Shown here: positions 1 through 10,324 of the stretch, one piece after another
Numbering within the stretch: position 1 is the stretch's first letter
How the letters are laid out: the number at the start of each line of letters is the position of its first letter
Virus record (IMG/VR): IMGVR_UViG_3300035698_017294
Location: 42,198-106,197 of that record
DNA from: a virus
Reading direction: 5' to 3' (one strand)
DNA: 64,000 nucleotides
Program-made: the position numbers and the translations under genes
The notes under the pieces: model-generated
The model's input: the letters and a program-made list of their open reading frames with translations, nothing else
Told to the model about the DNA's origin: nothing
The model's database searches: none

Positions 1-44
1 CGTGAAGATCCTATCTTCATATTCAGGATGTTGGTTTCCATGTA

Positions 45-506
45 TTACTTTTCCTCTGCGCTGTCTGAGCTTCCAAAACCTTTTTCGCCGCGCTCTGTAT
101 CATCAAGATTGTCTGCCCACTCGAAAGTAGCATCTATTCTATGATGTAAAACAAATTGAGCTATTTTGTCGCCCAGCTCTATATTTATTGGCTCTGGACC
201 GTGATTGGCCAGTACCACTTTAACTTCTCCTCGATAACCAGGATCAACGACGCCACCTTTGATAAAAACACTTTCCCTGGATGCAAACCCACTACGTTCG
301 TCGATTTTGATGTAGTAGTCTTCTGGAATGGCTACTGCTATACCTAGTGGCAGCACAGCTTTGGACCAGCCTGTAATACGCGTATACCCTACTGCTATTA
401 CATCGAAGCCTACGTCGGTCCGGTTTATCTTAACTGGCAGCTTGGCATTTTTATGTAATTTCTTAATCTTGATCGTTAAGTTTTCGAATTTCTGAGATTG
501 ACCCAC
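45..506 (-). CDS. dut: trimeric dUTPase
   Basis: Motifs GFDV, ERSGFA, GGVVDPGYRGE, RGEKGFGSS. Confidence 0.95.
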   Translation of the reverse strand: MGQSQKFENLTIKIKKLHKNAKLPVKINRTDVGFDVIAVGYTRITGWSKAVLPLGIAVAIPEDYYIKIDERSGFASRESVFIKGGVVDPGYRGEVKVVLANHGPEPINIELGDKIAQFVLHHRIDATFEWADNLDDTERGEKGFGSSDSAEEK

Positions 507-798
507 TATATTTTTCCATTTCCTTTTGCGTTAGTAATTTTCCTACTGTCATTATACTCGATTCCCTTATTCGCATCTCGCCTGGCACTGGCACGGCCCG
601 CTCAAGAAATGGGGATGCGAGTTCCATCTTTTTTTTAGGTAAAGGTAGAAGAATGATTGTTTCGCCGTTGGGCGTAGAATCACCCATTAGTCCTATATAA
701 CTTATACCACAGTTTAAGTGAATTAGTACGGGCGTGTCCTTTTCGAACATTGTCATCATGTTAACAACTCCATGTAATCTGTGAGTGGAACCAGCCAC
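463..798 (-). CDS. hypothetical protein
   Basis: ORF packed between RecU and dut; true start probably nearer 760. Confidence 0.6.
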   Translation of the reverse strand: MAGSTHRLHGVVNMMTMFEKDTPVLIHLNCGISYIGLMGDSTPNGETIILLPLPKKKMELASPFLERAVPVPGEMRIRESSIMTVGKLLTQKEMEKYSGSISEIRKLNDQD

Positions 799-1232
799 TC
801 GTCTTTGAATTCATCTGTCGGAATACTCTTACGCCCATCATCGTCGTATGCACTATTCCAGAACTTGCATATGAGCTCCATAGGGACCTTGTGAGCGTGC
901 GTTTCGTTTAAACTGTAAAAGTGTACCAAGAAGAATGCCGCGCCTCCTAGGGCGTCCCATAGGCGCAGAAATTCAACCTGATGCTGCTTAAGAAGAGCGA
1001 GAGGCAAAGAAGTTTTGTTCTGGGTCTCTTTAGCATCAAATGCTATCCCTTTACCGCCCTTCAACACGCCGATAAAATCGACTGTACTTAGCTGCGGAAT
1101 TAGACCCTGACTGGTTGGAACAATGGGCGTCTCAATCTTTTGTATGTTGGCAAGCTTCTTTTTACGGTAAGTTCGGTTACATCTTTGAACTGCTTTTTCC
1201 AGTGCCTTGCCGCGTGGTATCTTTTTAGTCAT
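756..1232 (-). CDS. recU: RecU-family Holliday junction resolvase
   Basis: RGKALE, STVDFIG, AFDAKET, HQVEFL motifs. Confidence 0.9.
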   Translation of the reverse strand: MTKKIPRGKALEKAVQRCNRTYRKKKLANIQKIETPIVPTSQGLIPQLSTVDFIGVLKGGKGIAFDAKETQNKTSLPLALLKQHQVEFLRLWDALGGAAFFLVHFYSLNETHAHKVPMELICKFWNSAYDDDGRKSIPTDEFKDEWLVPLTDYMELLT

Positions 1233-1233
1233 T

Positions 1234-1854
1234 TTATCTTCTACCTATAATTCTAAGATACGGACATAGCCCGTCCTTGTGTGTATTCCTAGTTAGCTCT
1301 ATCACTTCAAGACCCAGTTTGTCGAAAATTGCTCGAAGCTTTCCCCCTGTGTATGCATTTCTGTGGAACTGTCCTTTACCATTCTGGTGTCCGAATAGAG
1401 TAGCAGTTAGGTAACCCCACCTACTGGTGAAGTCCTTTTTGTATTGCCCGAACCAATGCGCGTCATCACGAAATCCCACTTCATAAAAGTCTTGGAAATT
1501 CTCGTCAGCTTCTAACCATATCTTAATCTGTGCCTCGAAATCCGGAACAAAAATATTGACCGTACCACCCGGTGCTAGCAGTCTGCGGATTTCTAGGAAT
1601 AATTTCTTTTCTTCATCAAAAGATAAATGCTCTGCGACGGATTCGCACAATATTTCTGATGCGCAGGCATCTTTAAACGGTAGAGCAAATATGTCGTAAT
1701 TGAAAACTGGGATTGATGGGTAAGATGTAGGATCCAATCCGTTCTGGGGAAGAATATCACTCTTCGAATCCATATCAATATTAATCCAATCGTCACCCAG
1801 TATGTTTTTGCCACAACCTAAATGTAATTTCATCATGTTTTTAGCCGTTATCAC
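1234..1854 (-). CDS. class I SAM-dependent methyltransferase
   Basis: KLHLGCG, EHL, RLLAPGG...VPD. Confidence 0.85.
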   Translation of the reverse strand: MITAKNMMKLHLGCGKNILGDDWINIDMDSKSDILPQNGLDPTSYPSIPVFNYDIFALPFKDACASEILCESVAEHLSFDEEKKLFLEIRRLLAPGGTVNIFVPDFEAQIKIWLEADENFQDFYEVGFRDDAHWFGQYKKDFTSRWGYLTATLFGHQNGKGQFHRNAYTGGKLRAIFDKLGLEVIELTRNTHKDGLCPYLRIIGRR

Positions 1855-2479
1855 CCTTTACAAACATTTTGTAATTTCTTTCCATCATTTGTCCATAACT
1901 AACTTCGTGCTTTTCAATATCACTTATACCTGTTGCTTGGATTGCGGCAATTGGGTACATAGCGTATACATCAAATTTACGGGCTTGTGTGACATACCAA
2001 TCGGTATATCGATCGATGGGCTGTTTAAAATTTTTTAAACCTTTAATCAAAAAATCGTACAGGGTAGACTTTATAGCATAAGCATGTAGTGCTTTTGCTG
2101 CTCTTGGAATTATTAAATTTGGGCTTGCCAAATTAGAATAATCGATAAGGTTACAACCGAAATATAGCATGTCCCAATCTTCTGGTAATTGTTCCATTGC
2201 TTTTGGTATTGTATCTTCCCACTCATTTGCTAGTTCGAAATCATCTTCGAATATTAAAACATTTTCGTAATTGTTTTCTTTTGCGTACTCATATATTTTA
2301 CAGTGACTGTCCTTACAACCAACGGTTGGCTGTGTAGGATTGTCAATGCCTTCGAACTTTATTACTCTGTCTGCGATTCCCAATTTTTCAAATTCTTTAC
2401 TTACAGCTTCCCATCGTTCGGTCCGCCGCTTTAAGTTAATGCAAAAAATTTGACCAAATAGGTCTAATGCGTTTTTCAT
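1841..2479 (-). CDS. glycosyltransferase family 25
   Basis: CINLKRRTERW, GCKDSH, LIFEDD, WDMLYFG. Confidence 0.85.
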   Translation of the reverse strand: MKNALDLFGQIFCINLKRRTERWEAVSKEFEKLGIADRVIKFEGIDNPTQPTVGCKDSHCKIYEYAKENNYENVLIFEDDFELANEWEDTIPKAMEQLPEDWDMLYFGCNLIDYSNLASPNLIIPRAAKALHAYAIKSTLYDFLIKGLKNFKQPIDRYTDWYVTQARKFDVYAMYPIAAIQATGISDIEKHEVSYGQMMERNYKMFVKGDNG

Positions 2480-3447
2480 AATATTTTTATCCAATACTGA
2501 ATCATTTCGTCTAACATTGTCTCAAAGGTATAGACAGGCTTCCAACCTAATGTCGTTTTGGCCTTGCGCGAATCGCCCTTTAGTCGAGCAAGTTCTTCAG
2601 GGCGCAGGTACTTACTGTCGGTTTTTACATAGGTGCGATAGTCTAGCCCAAGCTTATCGAATACGTATTTGCATAGGTCTTGTACCGTGTGTGATACACC
2701 TGTAGCGCATACGAAGTCATTGGGCTGTTCTTGCTGAAGCATCATCCACATTGCTTTTACATAGTCTGAGGCGTGTCCCCAATCTCGAGCAGCGTCTAAA
2801 TTTCCCAATGTGAGATGATCTAGGTGCCCCAGTTTGATTTCAACGGCACCTTTTACTACTTTGTTAGTAACAAAGTTTATTCCCCTTCTTGGAGATTCGT
2901 GATTGAATAGTATACCATTGGATATGAACATGCCGTAAGCATTACGATAGTTTTTAGTTAAATGATAAGCATATAACTTAGCACAGCCATAAGGACTCAC
3001 AGGTGACATTGGAGTAGTTTCTCGTTGGAATCCATCTGAGTCTATATTGTTCCCGAACATTTCTGAGGAACTAGCTTGATATATTTTTGCATGACGTACA
3101 GCATGTCTAGAGGTTTCCAACAAGTTTAACGTACCAATAGCATTTACCTGGGAGGTGTAAATTGGCTCATCAAAACTTATTCGTACGTGTGATTGGGCAC
3201 CAAGATTGTAAACTTCATCTGGCGAGTATTTACTAAATATACGCTCCAATGAAGAAGTGTCAAGCAGGTCCCCATACTCAAGGGTTATCTGATTCTGTAG
3301 GTGGTCAATCCGGATTGATTGGCTTTCCGGAACGCTGTTTCGGCGTATCATTCCGACTACTCGATATCCTTTAGATATAAGAAACTCGGCTAAGTATGAG
3401 CCATCTTGACCGTTAATACCTGTTATTAGCGCAGTTTTTTTATCCAT
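2476..3447 (-). CDS. gmd: GDP-mannose 4,6-dehydratase
   Basis: ALITGINGQDGSYLAE, YQASSSEMFG, SPYGCAK, NGILFNHESPRRG. Confidence 0.97.
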   Translation of the reverse strand: MDKKTALITGINGQDGSYLAEFLISKGYRVVGMIRRNSVPESQSIRIDHLQNQITLEYGDLLDTSSLERIFSKYSPDEVYNLGAQSHVRISFDEPIYTSQVNAIGTLNLLETSRHAVRHAKIYQASSSEMFGNNIDSDGFQRETTPMSPVSPYGCAKLYAYHLTKNYRNAYGMFISNGILFNHESPRRGINFVTNKVVKGAVEIKLGHLDHLTLGNLDAARDWGHASDYVKAMWMMLQQEQPNDFVCATGVSHTVQDLCKYVFDKLGLDYRTYVKTDSKYLRPEELARLKGDSRKAKTTLGWKPVYTFETMLDEMIQYWIKIL

Positions 3448-4600
3448 TTATCACCTTATTAATAACTGAGCAGACTGTCCTAATGTTAGCTTCTGACATG
3501 CCTGGATGATTTGGTATGTAAAGTCCTTTATTGTGAACCAAGTCATTGGCTACAGGACATGTATCACGTGAACTATAGGCTCGTTGATATGCTGGCTGCA
3601 TTTCCATACTTCCGCATATAAGTGGCCTTGTTTCTATATCATTTTCGATTAGAGCTTTAGCGATTTCATCCCGCTTCGGATGTATTACAGGATAAGCAAA
3701 ACTGGAGACGGTTCCACATGGAACCCTTGGTTTCCAGAAATCATTCATCAAAGTTTCCTGATACAGTTCGAAACCATTATGCCTTGCTCTTACAATTCTA
3801 TCTAGCTTATCAAGTTGTCGAAGACCTATACGTGCTTGTAAATCAGTAGATCTTAAATTCATGCCAGAGAAATAGAATGTAAAGGATTGGTGGAAATCAG
3901 AGATACCATGACTGTTCTGAAGCGTATCACTAGTTTTTTCCGACAGATCTCTTGCCCACCCATGGCTTCTGATACTTAGCATAACTTCATACAACTCTTT
4001 ATCATTGGTGCAAACCATTCCACCTTCAATAGTGGAAATGTGGTGACCGAAATATGTAGAGAAGCTGGACATCTTTCCATATGATCCTAGTTTAGTGCCG
4101 TAGTAAGTTGAGCCTAGGGACTCGCATGCATCTTCGAGTAGGATCATATGACGATCCTCACAAATCCTTTTTATTGCTTCCATCTGCGGTTGCATGCCTA
4201 ATACCGATACTAGTAAAAGTGCTTTAACTTTTGGGTCTGCGGTTAATTCGCCAAAGTGTTTAAAATCTACCGATAATGTCTCTTTGTTGCAATCACAAAG
4301 TACCGGAACTAACCCAAGTTGCATTACGGGAAACAGGTCTGTTGCCCACGATACTGCGGGTACAATAACCTTGTCGCCTTTGACAAGTTGGCCTAATTCG
4401 AGAAGAGCTTGTATCATTATCAGATTGGCAGAGGATCCAGAGTTTACAAACACTGCATGTTCGCGTCCTATATACTGTGCCCATTTCTTTTCGAATTCTT
4501 TTGTAACTGGGCCCTGAGTTAGTCTGGGGTAGGTTTTTAACCATCGAACGAGATCATCTAAATCTAGTCCATCTATAGTATCATTTATTAGTTTTATCAT
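3440..4600 (-). CDS. ColD-like GDP-4-keto-6-deoxymannose 3-dehydratase (DegT/DnrJ fold)
   Basis: VNSGSSANL, EDACESLG; His replaces the PLP Lys in STYFGHHISTIEGG; lies between gmd and the fcl-like gene. Confidence 0.8.
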   Translation of the reverse strand: MIKLINDTIDGLDLDDLVRWLKTYPRLTQGPVTKEFEKKWAQYIGREHAVFVNSGSSANLIMIQALLELGQLVKGDKVIVPAVSWATDLFPVMQLGLVPVLCDCNKETLSVDFKHFGELTADPKVKALLLVSVLGMQPQMEAIKRICEDRHMILLEDACESLGSTYYGTKLGSYGKMSSFSTYFGHHISTIEGGMVCTNDKELYEVMLSIRSHGWARDLSEKTSDTLQNSHGISDFHQSFTFYFSGMNLRSTDLQARIGLRQLDKLDRIVRARHNGFELYQETLMNDFWKPRVPCGTVSSFAYPVIHPKRDEIAKALIENDIETRPLICGSMEMQPAYQRAYSSRDTCPVANDLVHNKGLYIPNHPGMSEANIRTVCSVINKVING

Positions 4601-5510
4601 TGTCCCACTTTTCTTTCATTTGATCGTAAGTGTGTTTAATCCCACTCTCAAGACTTGTTAAGAATATAGGGAAAGGAGTATTACAAAAAGTATGTAGTTT
4701 ACTATTGCTTATATCTTTACGATGTTGCCCACCGAGCATGCCATTAAACTTTATTTTCAGGTGAGGTTTTCCGCAAGCACGAATTGCTATATTGGCAATT
4801 TTCTTAATACTATAATTCTCTGATGAGCCTACGTTCATATTTTCATTTACGTCCTTAAGTATTACATACTTGATTACTTTCGCTAAATCTCCAGCATACA
4901 TGAATTGACGTAGTGGAGTACCATCTCCCCACAGTTCTATTTCGTCCTCAGCCTCATATATTTTACGAAGGAGGGATGCTACAAAGTGGCTGTTATGGGG
5001 TTCATACTTATCGTATATACCATACAAGTTTGATGGTATCAAGTAGCTATATTTTTTATTGTATTGCTGACGGTAAGCATCTATTTGTGCCGCCATAGCT
5101 CTTTTGGCCATTGCATACGCAAAGTTACTTTGGGGGGCTGGTCCCTGATACAGCATGTCTTCAGTCATTGGGTACTGTTTCACCTGTTCAGGATAAATAC
5201 AACTGCTCAACATGCCAATGAATCGATCTACTCCATAAGCATGTGCATGCTTAAGTATGAGAGTGTTCATTAAGATGTTATCTTCCAGGTACTTTGTCGG
5301 ATTAGATGTGTTATCCTGTATGCCCCCCACTTTGGCCGCTAAGTGTATTACAATTTTCGGTTGGTATAGATAGAACATTTCTTCAACATCCGGTTCAGAA
5401 GTCAAATCATATTCTGCTGAGGATAAATAATTAAAATCTGGCATCACTTCTTGGAGGTATTGACCTACTAAGCCATATCCTCCGGTTATTAAGGTTTTAG
5501 TCATTAGCAT
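4581..5510 (-). CDS. GDP-L-fucose/colitose synthase (Fcl/ColC family)
   Basis: ITGGYGLVG, HLAAKVGGI, SSCIYP, YAMAK, WGDGTPLRQF. Confidence 0.9.
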   Translation of the reverse strand: MLMTKTLITGGYGLVGQYLQEVMPDFNYLSSAEYDLTSEPDVEEMFYLYQPKIVIHLAAKVGGIQDNTSNPTKYLEDNILMNTLILKHAHAYGVDRFIGMLSSCIYPEQVKQYPMTEDMLYQGPAPQSNFAYAMAKRAMAAQIDAYRQQYNKKYSYLIPSNLYGIYDKYEPHNSHFVASLLRKIYEAEDEIELWGDGTPLRQFMYAGDLAKVIKYVILKDVNENMNVGSSENYSIKKIANIAIRACGKPHLKIKFNGMLGGQHRKDISNSKLHTFCNTPFPIFLTSLESGIKHTYDQMKEKWDNDKTNK

Positions 5511-6559
5511 ATTCTTTCTGTAGGCTGTTGTTTAGCAAACTCCAACGTCTTCGCCGATTCATGCTCTAATAAAATATAAAATATTTTACTAATATCAGCA
5601 GTCTTACCACTTAAAACTAAATCGACTAGGCTAATAGATTCAACGGAACTATAATATTTTTTCCTATCATCACATATAGATACCCCTATGACATGTTTCA
5701 AGTTCATTTTAATTGACATAGCCCATTCTGTACTTAGCAGGAATACGTCGTTAAGGGAGCATGCGTTTAACATGAAAGCACCATTTTCACCATTAAGTAA
5801 TAATCCATCACTTAAATAGAAAAGTGCTAAGACTTCATCCTGCGTTAAGGTATCATTTATTTCGTGATAATTGGTGTGCGCAGGAGATATGGTTTGTGGC
5901 GGAAACCCTATATTTACGATATTCATACCCGAATCTAAAATTTTAGTTATTATATTCGGTAAGTTTGGTATTATGTTAAGAGTATTCGTGTTAGGTTGCT
6001 TTTTTGAGAAGTTCCGTGTTATAATTATGTATGTTTTGTTGTCAAAGTATTTGTTATATTTTTCTTTAATCTTGAGAAAGGTTGGATAATAGGGTTTTAA
6101 GCTATTACCATCTTGAATATAATCTGAGATAAATCTAAAATCTCTACGATAGCAGGATGCGAGATCTTTGTCTCGCACAGAATACCATTCTCGAAATAAA
6201 ATGTAATCTCTTATGTTTCGCATAAGAAATTCATTATAAAAGATTACGTTTTCTGGATTTATGCTGCTATAGTTAGTGTTAACATGTGTGATGAATTTTT
6301 CCTTAGTATCAGTTACATTGCGATCCCCAAGGTAATCTAAAATATCTGGAAGGGCTCCCTTTTGACTTTTCATATAATCTGTCGAAAATACTAAAAGCTT
6401 ATCGGCTTCGGGAATTACACCTATTACATTCTCTGGTATTGCTACAATTACTTGTATAGGATCGGTGTAGGTTTGTCGCAGTTTATAGATAAAAACATTT
6501 AGTCTAAAAAAAGCATTAAACTCAAATATTGGGGCGTATATTATAAAAGTTTCCACCAC
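5504..6559 (-). CDS. hypothetical protein, possibly GT-B-like
   Basis: 351 aa AT-rich ORF inside the glycan cluster. Confidence 0.5.
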   Translation of the reverse strand: MVETFIIYAPIFEFNAFFRLNVFIYKLRQTYTDPIQVIVAIPENVIGVIPEADKLLVFSTDYMKSQKGALPDILDYLGDRNVTDTKEKFITHVNTNYSSINPENVIFYNEFLMRNIRDYILFREWYSVRDKDLASCYRRDFRFISDYIQDGNSLKPYYPTFLKIKEKYNKYFDNKTYIIITRNFSKKQPNTNTLNIIPNLPNIITKILDSGMNIVNIGFPPQTISPAHTNYHEINDTLTQDEVLALFYLSDGLLLNGENGAFMLNACSLNDVFLLSTEWAMSIKMNLKHVIGVSICDDRKKYYSSVESISLVDLVLSGKTADISKIFYILLEHESAKTLEFAKQQPTERIC

Positions 6560-6852
6560 ACCTCCAAGTCTTCAATAGTAAATGCTTTGTCGTCTATAAA
6601 CAAATCGAATGCAGGTTTTCCAAATTTAAGCTCGTGATACTTTACTTTCCAACGCTTGAGTTGGGCTTTAGTAATTTTTGACCAATCTTTTTTAGATTGC
6701 GTTCCACGAGCTGTCCAGTATATAATACGATGGCCTTGATCAAATAACTTATTTATCATTTTTATTTTATCTGCACGAGGCATCGCAAGCGAGTAATCCA
6801 TGTGCGGCGATTCCGTACATATTGTGTTATCTATATCGACATAAATTATCAT
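6541..6852 (-). CDS. small HAD-family (capsule biosynthesis-type) phosphatase
   Basis: DIDNTIC, WTARG, FGKPAFDLFIDDKA. Confidence 0.85.
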   Translation of the reverse strand: MIIYVDIDNTICTESPHMDYSLAMPRADKIKMINKLFDQGHRIIYWTARGTQSKKDWSKITKAQLKRWKVKYHELKFGKPAFDLFIDDKAFTIEDLEVWWKLL

Positions 6853-7700
6853 TATTTTCTTAATCTTTTTCTAGTTTTGATTTCGGCTTCGGTTACCTGT
6901 TTATCAGGACTCCCCAACATCTTTTCTATATCAGCACATCTTTTATATAGCATATCCATAGCTAATATTTCAAGACTAGCATGTTGATCGGTGCCCCAAA
7001 GTTTTTTAGATAGTGTAATATGCCTTTCAATTACTTTGGCGCCAAGTGATACCGCAAGAACGGTAGGTTCTAAATCTTCTTCGTGCCCTGAGTACCCTAT
7101 TGTACAACCATATCGTTGCCTTAGGGTATCTATCACACGCAAATTAATTTGATCGACAGGGGTCGGATATGCTGAATTACAATGCATAATCACTGGGTTA
7201 TGCGTTTTGGAAATAATTAAATTAACAGCTGAATCTATCTCTTCTAATGTTGACATTCCCGTCGAGATTAGAAGTGGTATATTAGTAGAGCACAAACGAC
7301 GAATTAATTCTAAATCAGTAACTAGTGCTGAAGGTATTTTAATGAAAGGTGGGTTAAATTGTGTAATGAACTCTAAACTTGGAATATCCCATACTGATGC
7401 TGTCCAGTCAATTGGTTTTTGTTTGCAATAGGAATTTATGTCAGAATAATTTTTTGCAGTTAGTTCAACTTTATATCTATAGTCTAAATACGATATTCGC
7501 CCCCAAGGAGTATCACGCATTATATTTTTTTGATGTTCTGGAACACATGTAGCTGGGTCACGTTTTTGAAATTTGGCACAATCCCAGTTACACGCAAAAA
7601 CTGCATCTAGCAATTTCTTAACAATGCTCATATCCCCGTTATGGTTAATTCCTATTTCGCCAACAAAGTAAGGTTTTTCTAGGGCGTTAAAATCTACCAT
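6852..7700 (-). CDS. NeuB-family nonulosonic acid synthase, lacking the C-terminal AFP-like domain
   Basis: GEIGINHNGD, KFQKR, STGMST, HCNSAYP, GYSGHE, IERHITL. Confidence 0.92.
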   Translation of the reverse strand: MVDFNALEKPYFVGEIGINHNGDMSIVKKLLDAVFACNWDCAKFQKRDPATCVPEHQKNIMRDTPWGRISYLDYRYKVELTAKNYSDINSYCKQKPIDWTASVWDIPSLEFITQFNPPFIKIPSALVTDLELIRRLCSTNIPLLISTGMSTLEEIDSAVNLIISKTHNPVIMHCNSAYPTPVDQINLRVIDTLRQRYGCTIGYSGHEEDLEPTVLAVSLGAKVIERHITLSKKLWGTDQHASLEILAMDMLYKRCADIEKMLGSPDKQVTEAEIKTRKRLRK

Positions 7701-8374
7701 GCTGTCCATCCCCCATCTACTACTATATTTGATCCAGTCATATAGGAACAGTTTTTTGAGCACATGTAGTTTAAAAGTTCATTTAATTCGTTATTTGCCA
7801 TCATTCGCTTTAAAGGAGTATGTTCAGCATATTTATCTTTAAAATCCTTGCTTTGCTCAAATAGTACGCCCCCCGGGCTTACACAATTAACTAGGAATTG
7901 TGGAGAGAGGTGTGTAGCGAGATGTTTTGTAAGTTGTATAACTCCTGCCTTAGAAACACTATACCCGATATGTTTTTCGCCTGCTTCATATAGATCAGGC
8001 CTAGGTGAGACTAAACCATATGTAGAAGATACATTAACTATATGCCCAATTTTATTGTTAGCGGCGAAAGCTCTACAAACAGAAAATAGTGCTACTAGAT
8101 TTATGTCAAGGTAATCTTTAAAAGAGCTAAGAGAGATATCGAACAGAGTTTGGCATTTTCCGGAGTTATCGACGTGATCATTCAAAGCGAACATGTTTAT
8201 TAAATAGTTAGCTTTATTATGAGTGAAGAAATGATTAACTTCTTTTTCGTTTGTTAGGTCGTTACCCAGTTTAGTGTCACATCTAATAACTTGTGTTTCT
8301 TTTTGCTCCTCAAGAAATGCACTTATGCTTGATCCAATTAATCCTTCTGAGCCGGTAACTATTATAGTTCTCAT
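7694..8374 (-). CDS. short-chain dehydrogenase/reductase (PtmA-like)
   Basis: VTGSEGLIG, YSVSK, VNCVSPGG, VVDGGWT. Confidence 0.88.
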   Translation of the reverse strand: MRTIIVTGSEGLIGSSISAFLEEQKETQVIRCDTKLGNDLTNEKEVNHFFTHNKANYLINMFALNDHVDNSGKCQTLFDISLSSFKDYLDINLVALFSVCRAFAANNKIGHIVNVSSTYGLVSPRPDLYEAGEKHIGYSVSKAGVIQLTKHLATHLSPQFLVNCVSPGGVLFEQSKDFKDKYAEHTPLKRMMANNELNELLNYMCSKNCSYMTGSNIVVDGGWTAW

Positions 8375-9564
8375 TTGAAAAGTTCTCTTATTGCTTTTTC
8401 CAATATTTCAGCCTGCTTATCGGCTTCTGACTTATTATAGTTTGTTTGGAAAACCATTAGATTTTTTTGGAGTGACTCTGCAATTGGGCATAGCCCAGGT
8501 TTGTATGAAATATTACCGTATATCTCAGGTAATCTTTTTCTAAACTCTCCTGTTTGCATTAATGGCTCCAGGTAAGGCACGCTCCAAGCACTGTAAAATG
8601 CTTCTCCACCCAGTTCTACAACTTTAGTTTGAAACTCTTTCCAACTTACTCCGTGTGTACTGCCGTTAAATCGGGCAGCAACTGACCAGTAGGAATGGAT
8701 TGCATTAGAAGAAATAGTTTGTAATCCAAATATACCTTGCCCAGTGTTAAGTGCACGGGAAATAATTTCGCCAGCGTAATACCTTTTTTGGACTAAATCT
8801 TCTAATTGCTCTAGTTGCCCCAGGGCCACAGCTGAACATAACTCTGATAATCTGTAATTCCAGCCTAGTGAATCATGTCTTTTGTATAAAGGATCCTTAA
8901 AAACTATTGGGTCAAGCTTGACTTTTCCTTCATCTGCTTTTAAAGCTTTAAAACCGTGGCCTCCTAATTTTCGCGCTTTAACTGCTAAGTCTGCATTATC
9001 GGTGATTAATATTCCCCCTTCCCCGCAGGACAGATGCTTTGAAGTTTCGAAACTGAAACTTGACATATCGCCGTGTTCCCCAACTATTTTATTATTATAA
9101 ACTCCTAAAAAGCATTCTGCATTATCCTCGATTACGGGAATACCATGCCGTTTTGATATTTCCATAATGGCTTTCATGTCGCAAGGTACTCCGTAGACAC
9201 TTACAGTCATAATGGCTTTAGTTTTTTTGGTTATTTTATTTTTTATACTTTCAGGATCTATAGTAAAAGTATAGGGAGACACATCAGCGTAGACTGGAAT
9301 AGCGTTAGCGTGTAAAGTGGCTGCTGTATTCATTATCACAGTAAGTGCTGGGGAGATAACCTCATCTCCCGCTCGAACACCCACAGCTTCTAAAGCTGCG
9401 TGTAGGGTTGATGTGCCAGAATTAAAGGCTATTCCGTATTTTTTGTTGAACTTATTAGCGAAAGCTTTTTCAAGCGTAGTAGTGAAATCACCTTGTGTAG
9501 CACTATGTTTATCCTCAAACAAAACCTGCGCAAGGTATTTTAGTTCGTTTCCATCATATTTCAT
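8371..9564 (-). CDS. DegT/DnrJ/EryC1/StrS sugar aminotransferase
   Basis: NSGTSTLH, IEDNAE, SFETSKHLSCGEGG with the catalytic Lys intact. Confidence 0.9.
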   Translation of the reverse strand: MKYDGNELKYLAQVLFEDKHSATQGDFTTTLEKAFANKFNKKYGIAFNSGTSTLHAALEAVGVRAGDEVISPALTVIMNTAATLHANAIPVYADVSPYTFTIDPESIKNKITKKTKAIMTVSVYGVPCDMKAIMEISKRHGIPVIEDNAECFLGVYNNKIVGEHGDMSSFSFETSKHLSCGEGGILITDNADLAVKARKLGGHGFKALKADEGKVKLDPIVFKDPLYKRHDSLGWNYRLSELCSAVALGQLEQLEDLVQKRYYAGEIISRALNTGQGIFGLQTISSNAIHSYWSVAARFNGSTHGVSWKEFQTKVVELGGEAFYSAWSVPYLEPLMQTGEFRKRLPEIYGNISYKPGLCPIAESLQKNLMVFQTNYNKSEADKQAEILEKAIRELFK

Positions 9565-10324
9565 GTTTTATCTTAAAGTTTGTTGTTTTTAATTGGTTTT
9601 GCCGCCACTCAGCATGTCTAAACATATTGGTGTTTTTCAAGTGCTTATTAGCATTTATGTACTCCAATATTTCTTTTAACGTGCATTCCTTTTGTAGTAC
9701 AAAACTGTGGCCTAGCCCTGTTATGAGATGTTTGAAAAAGTCTAAATCCTCTTTGTAATCTAAAGTTAATCGAATTGTGTTATCCTTATACCCATCAGGT
9801 ACGGATTTTAATTGGCTTATATCGATATTTGGTATTTTGGTAAAATAAGGTTCTATCATTTCAGTATCATCTGTATCTTTTATATCACAAACGTGTTGTA
9901 ACGCTTTGCGGCTTATCCCATAAGTAAACCCACCGCATACGATACTGGGGCTATAAATAAAATCGTTACCTAAATGCTCGTGTTGGGAAAATGCTAAATC
10001 TGCCAGATGTGGATCACACAATAAATCGTCTCCGTCAGCCGTTACGAAAAAGTTTATATTAAAAGCTTTGCATGCGCTATTCCAGCGAATAAGTTTATCA
10101 GTTTTACTTCCTCTAAAATATTGTATATCGTGCTTAATTGCTAATTCGCATAGTTTGTCGTCTTCGGAATTTTCTGTTGTACACAATATTATTTTGCCAG
10201 CCAAAAGACTATGCTTCATTCTCAGTATCACGTAGACGATTGTGGGAATTCCACATATAGTTAAAAGTGCCTTATTTGGTAATCGCTTTGAGCCTGTTCT
10301 GACTGTAATAAAAATTGCATTCAT
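9554..10324 (-). CDS. cytidylyltransferase (SpsF/KdsB/NeuA-like)
   Basis: VRTGSKRLPNKAL, FRGS, RLTLDYKED. Confidence 0.85.
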   Translation of the reverse strand: MNAIFITVRTGSKRLPNKALLTICGIPTIVYVILRMKHSLLAGKIILCTTENSEDDKLCELAIKHDIQYFRGSKTDKLIRWNSACKAFNINFFVTADGDDLLCDPHLADLAFSQHEHLGNDFIYSPSIVCGGFTYGISRKALQHVCDIKDTDDTEMIEPYFTKIPNIDISQLKSVPDGYKDNTIRLTLDYKEDLDFFKHLITGLGHSFVLQKECTLKEILEYINANKHLKNTNMFRHAEWRQNQLKTTNFKIKHEI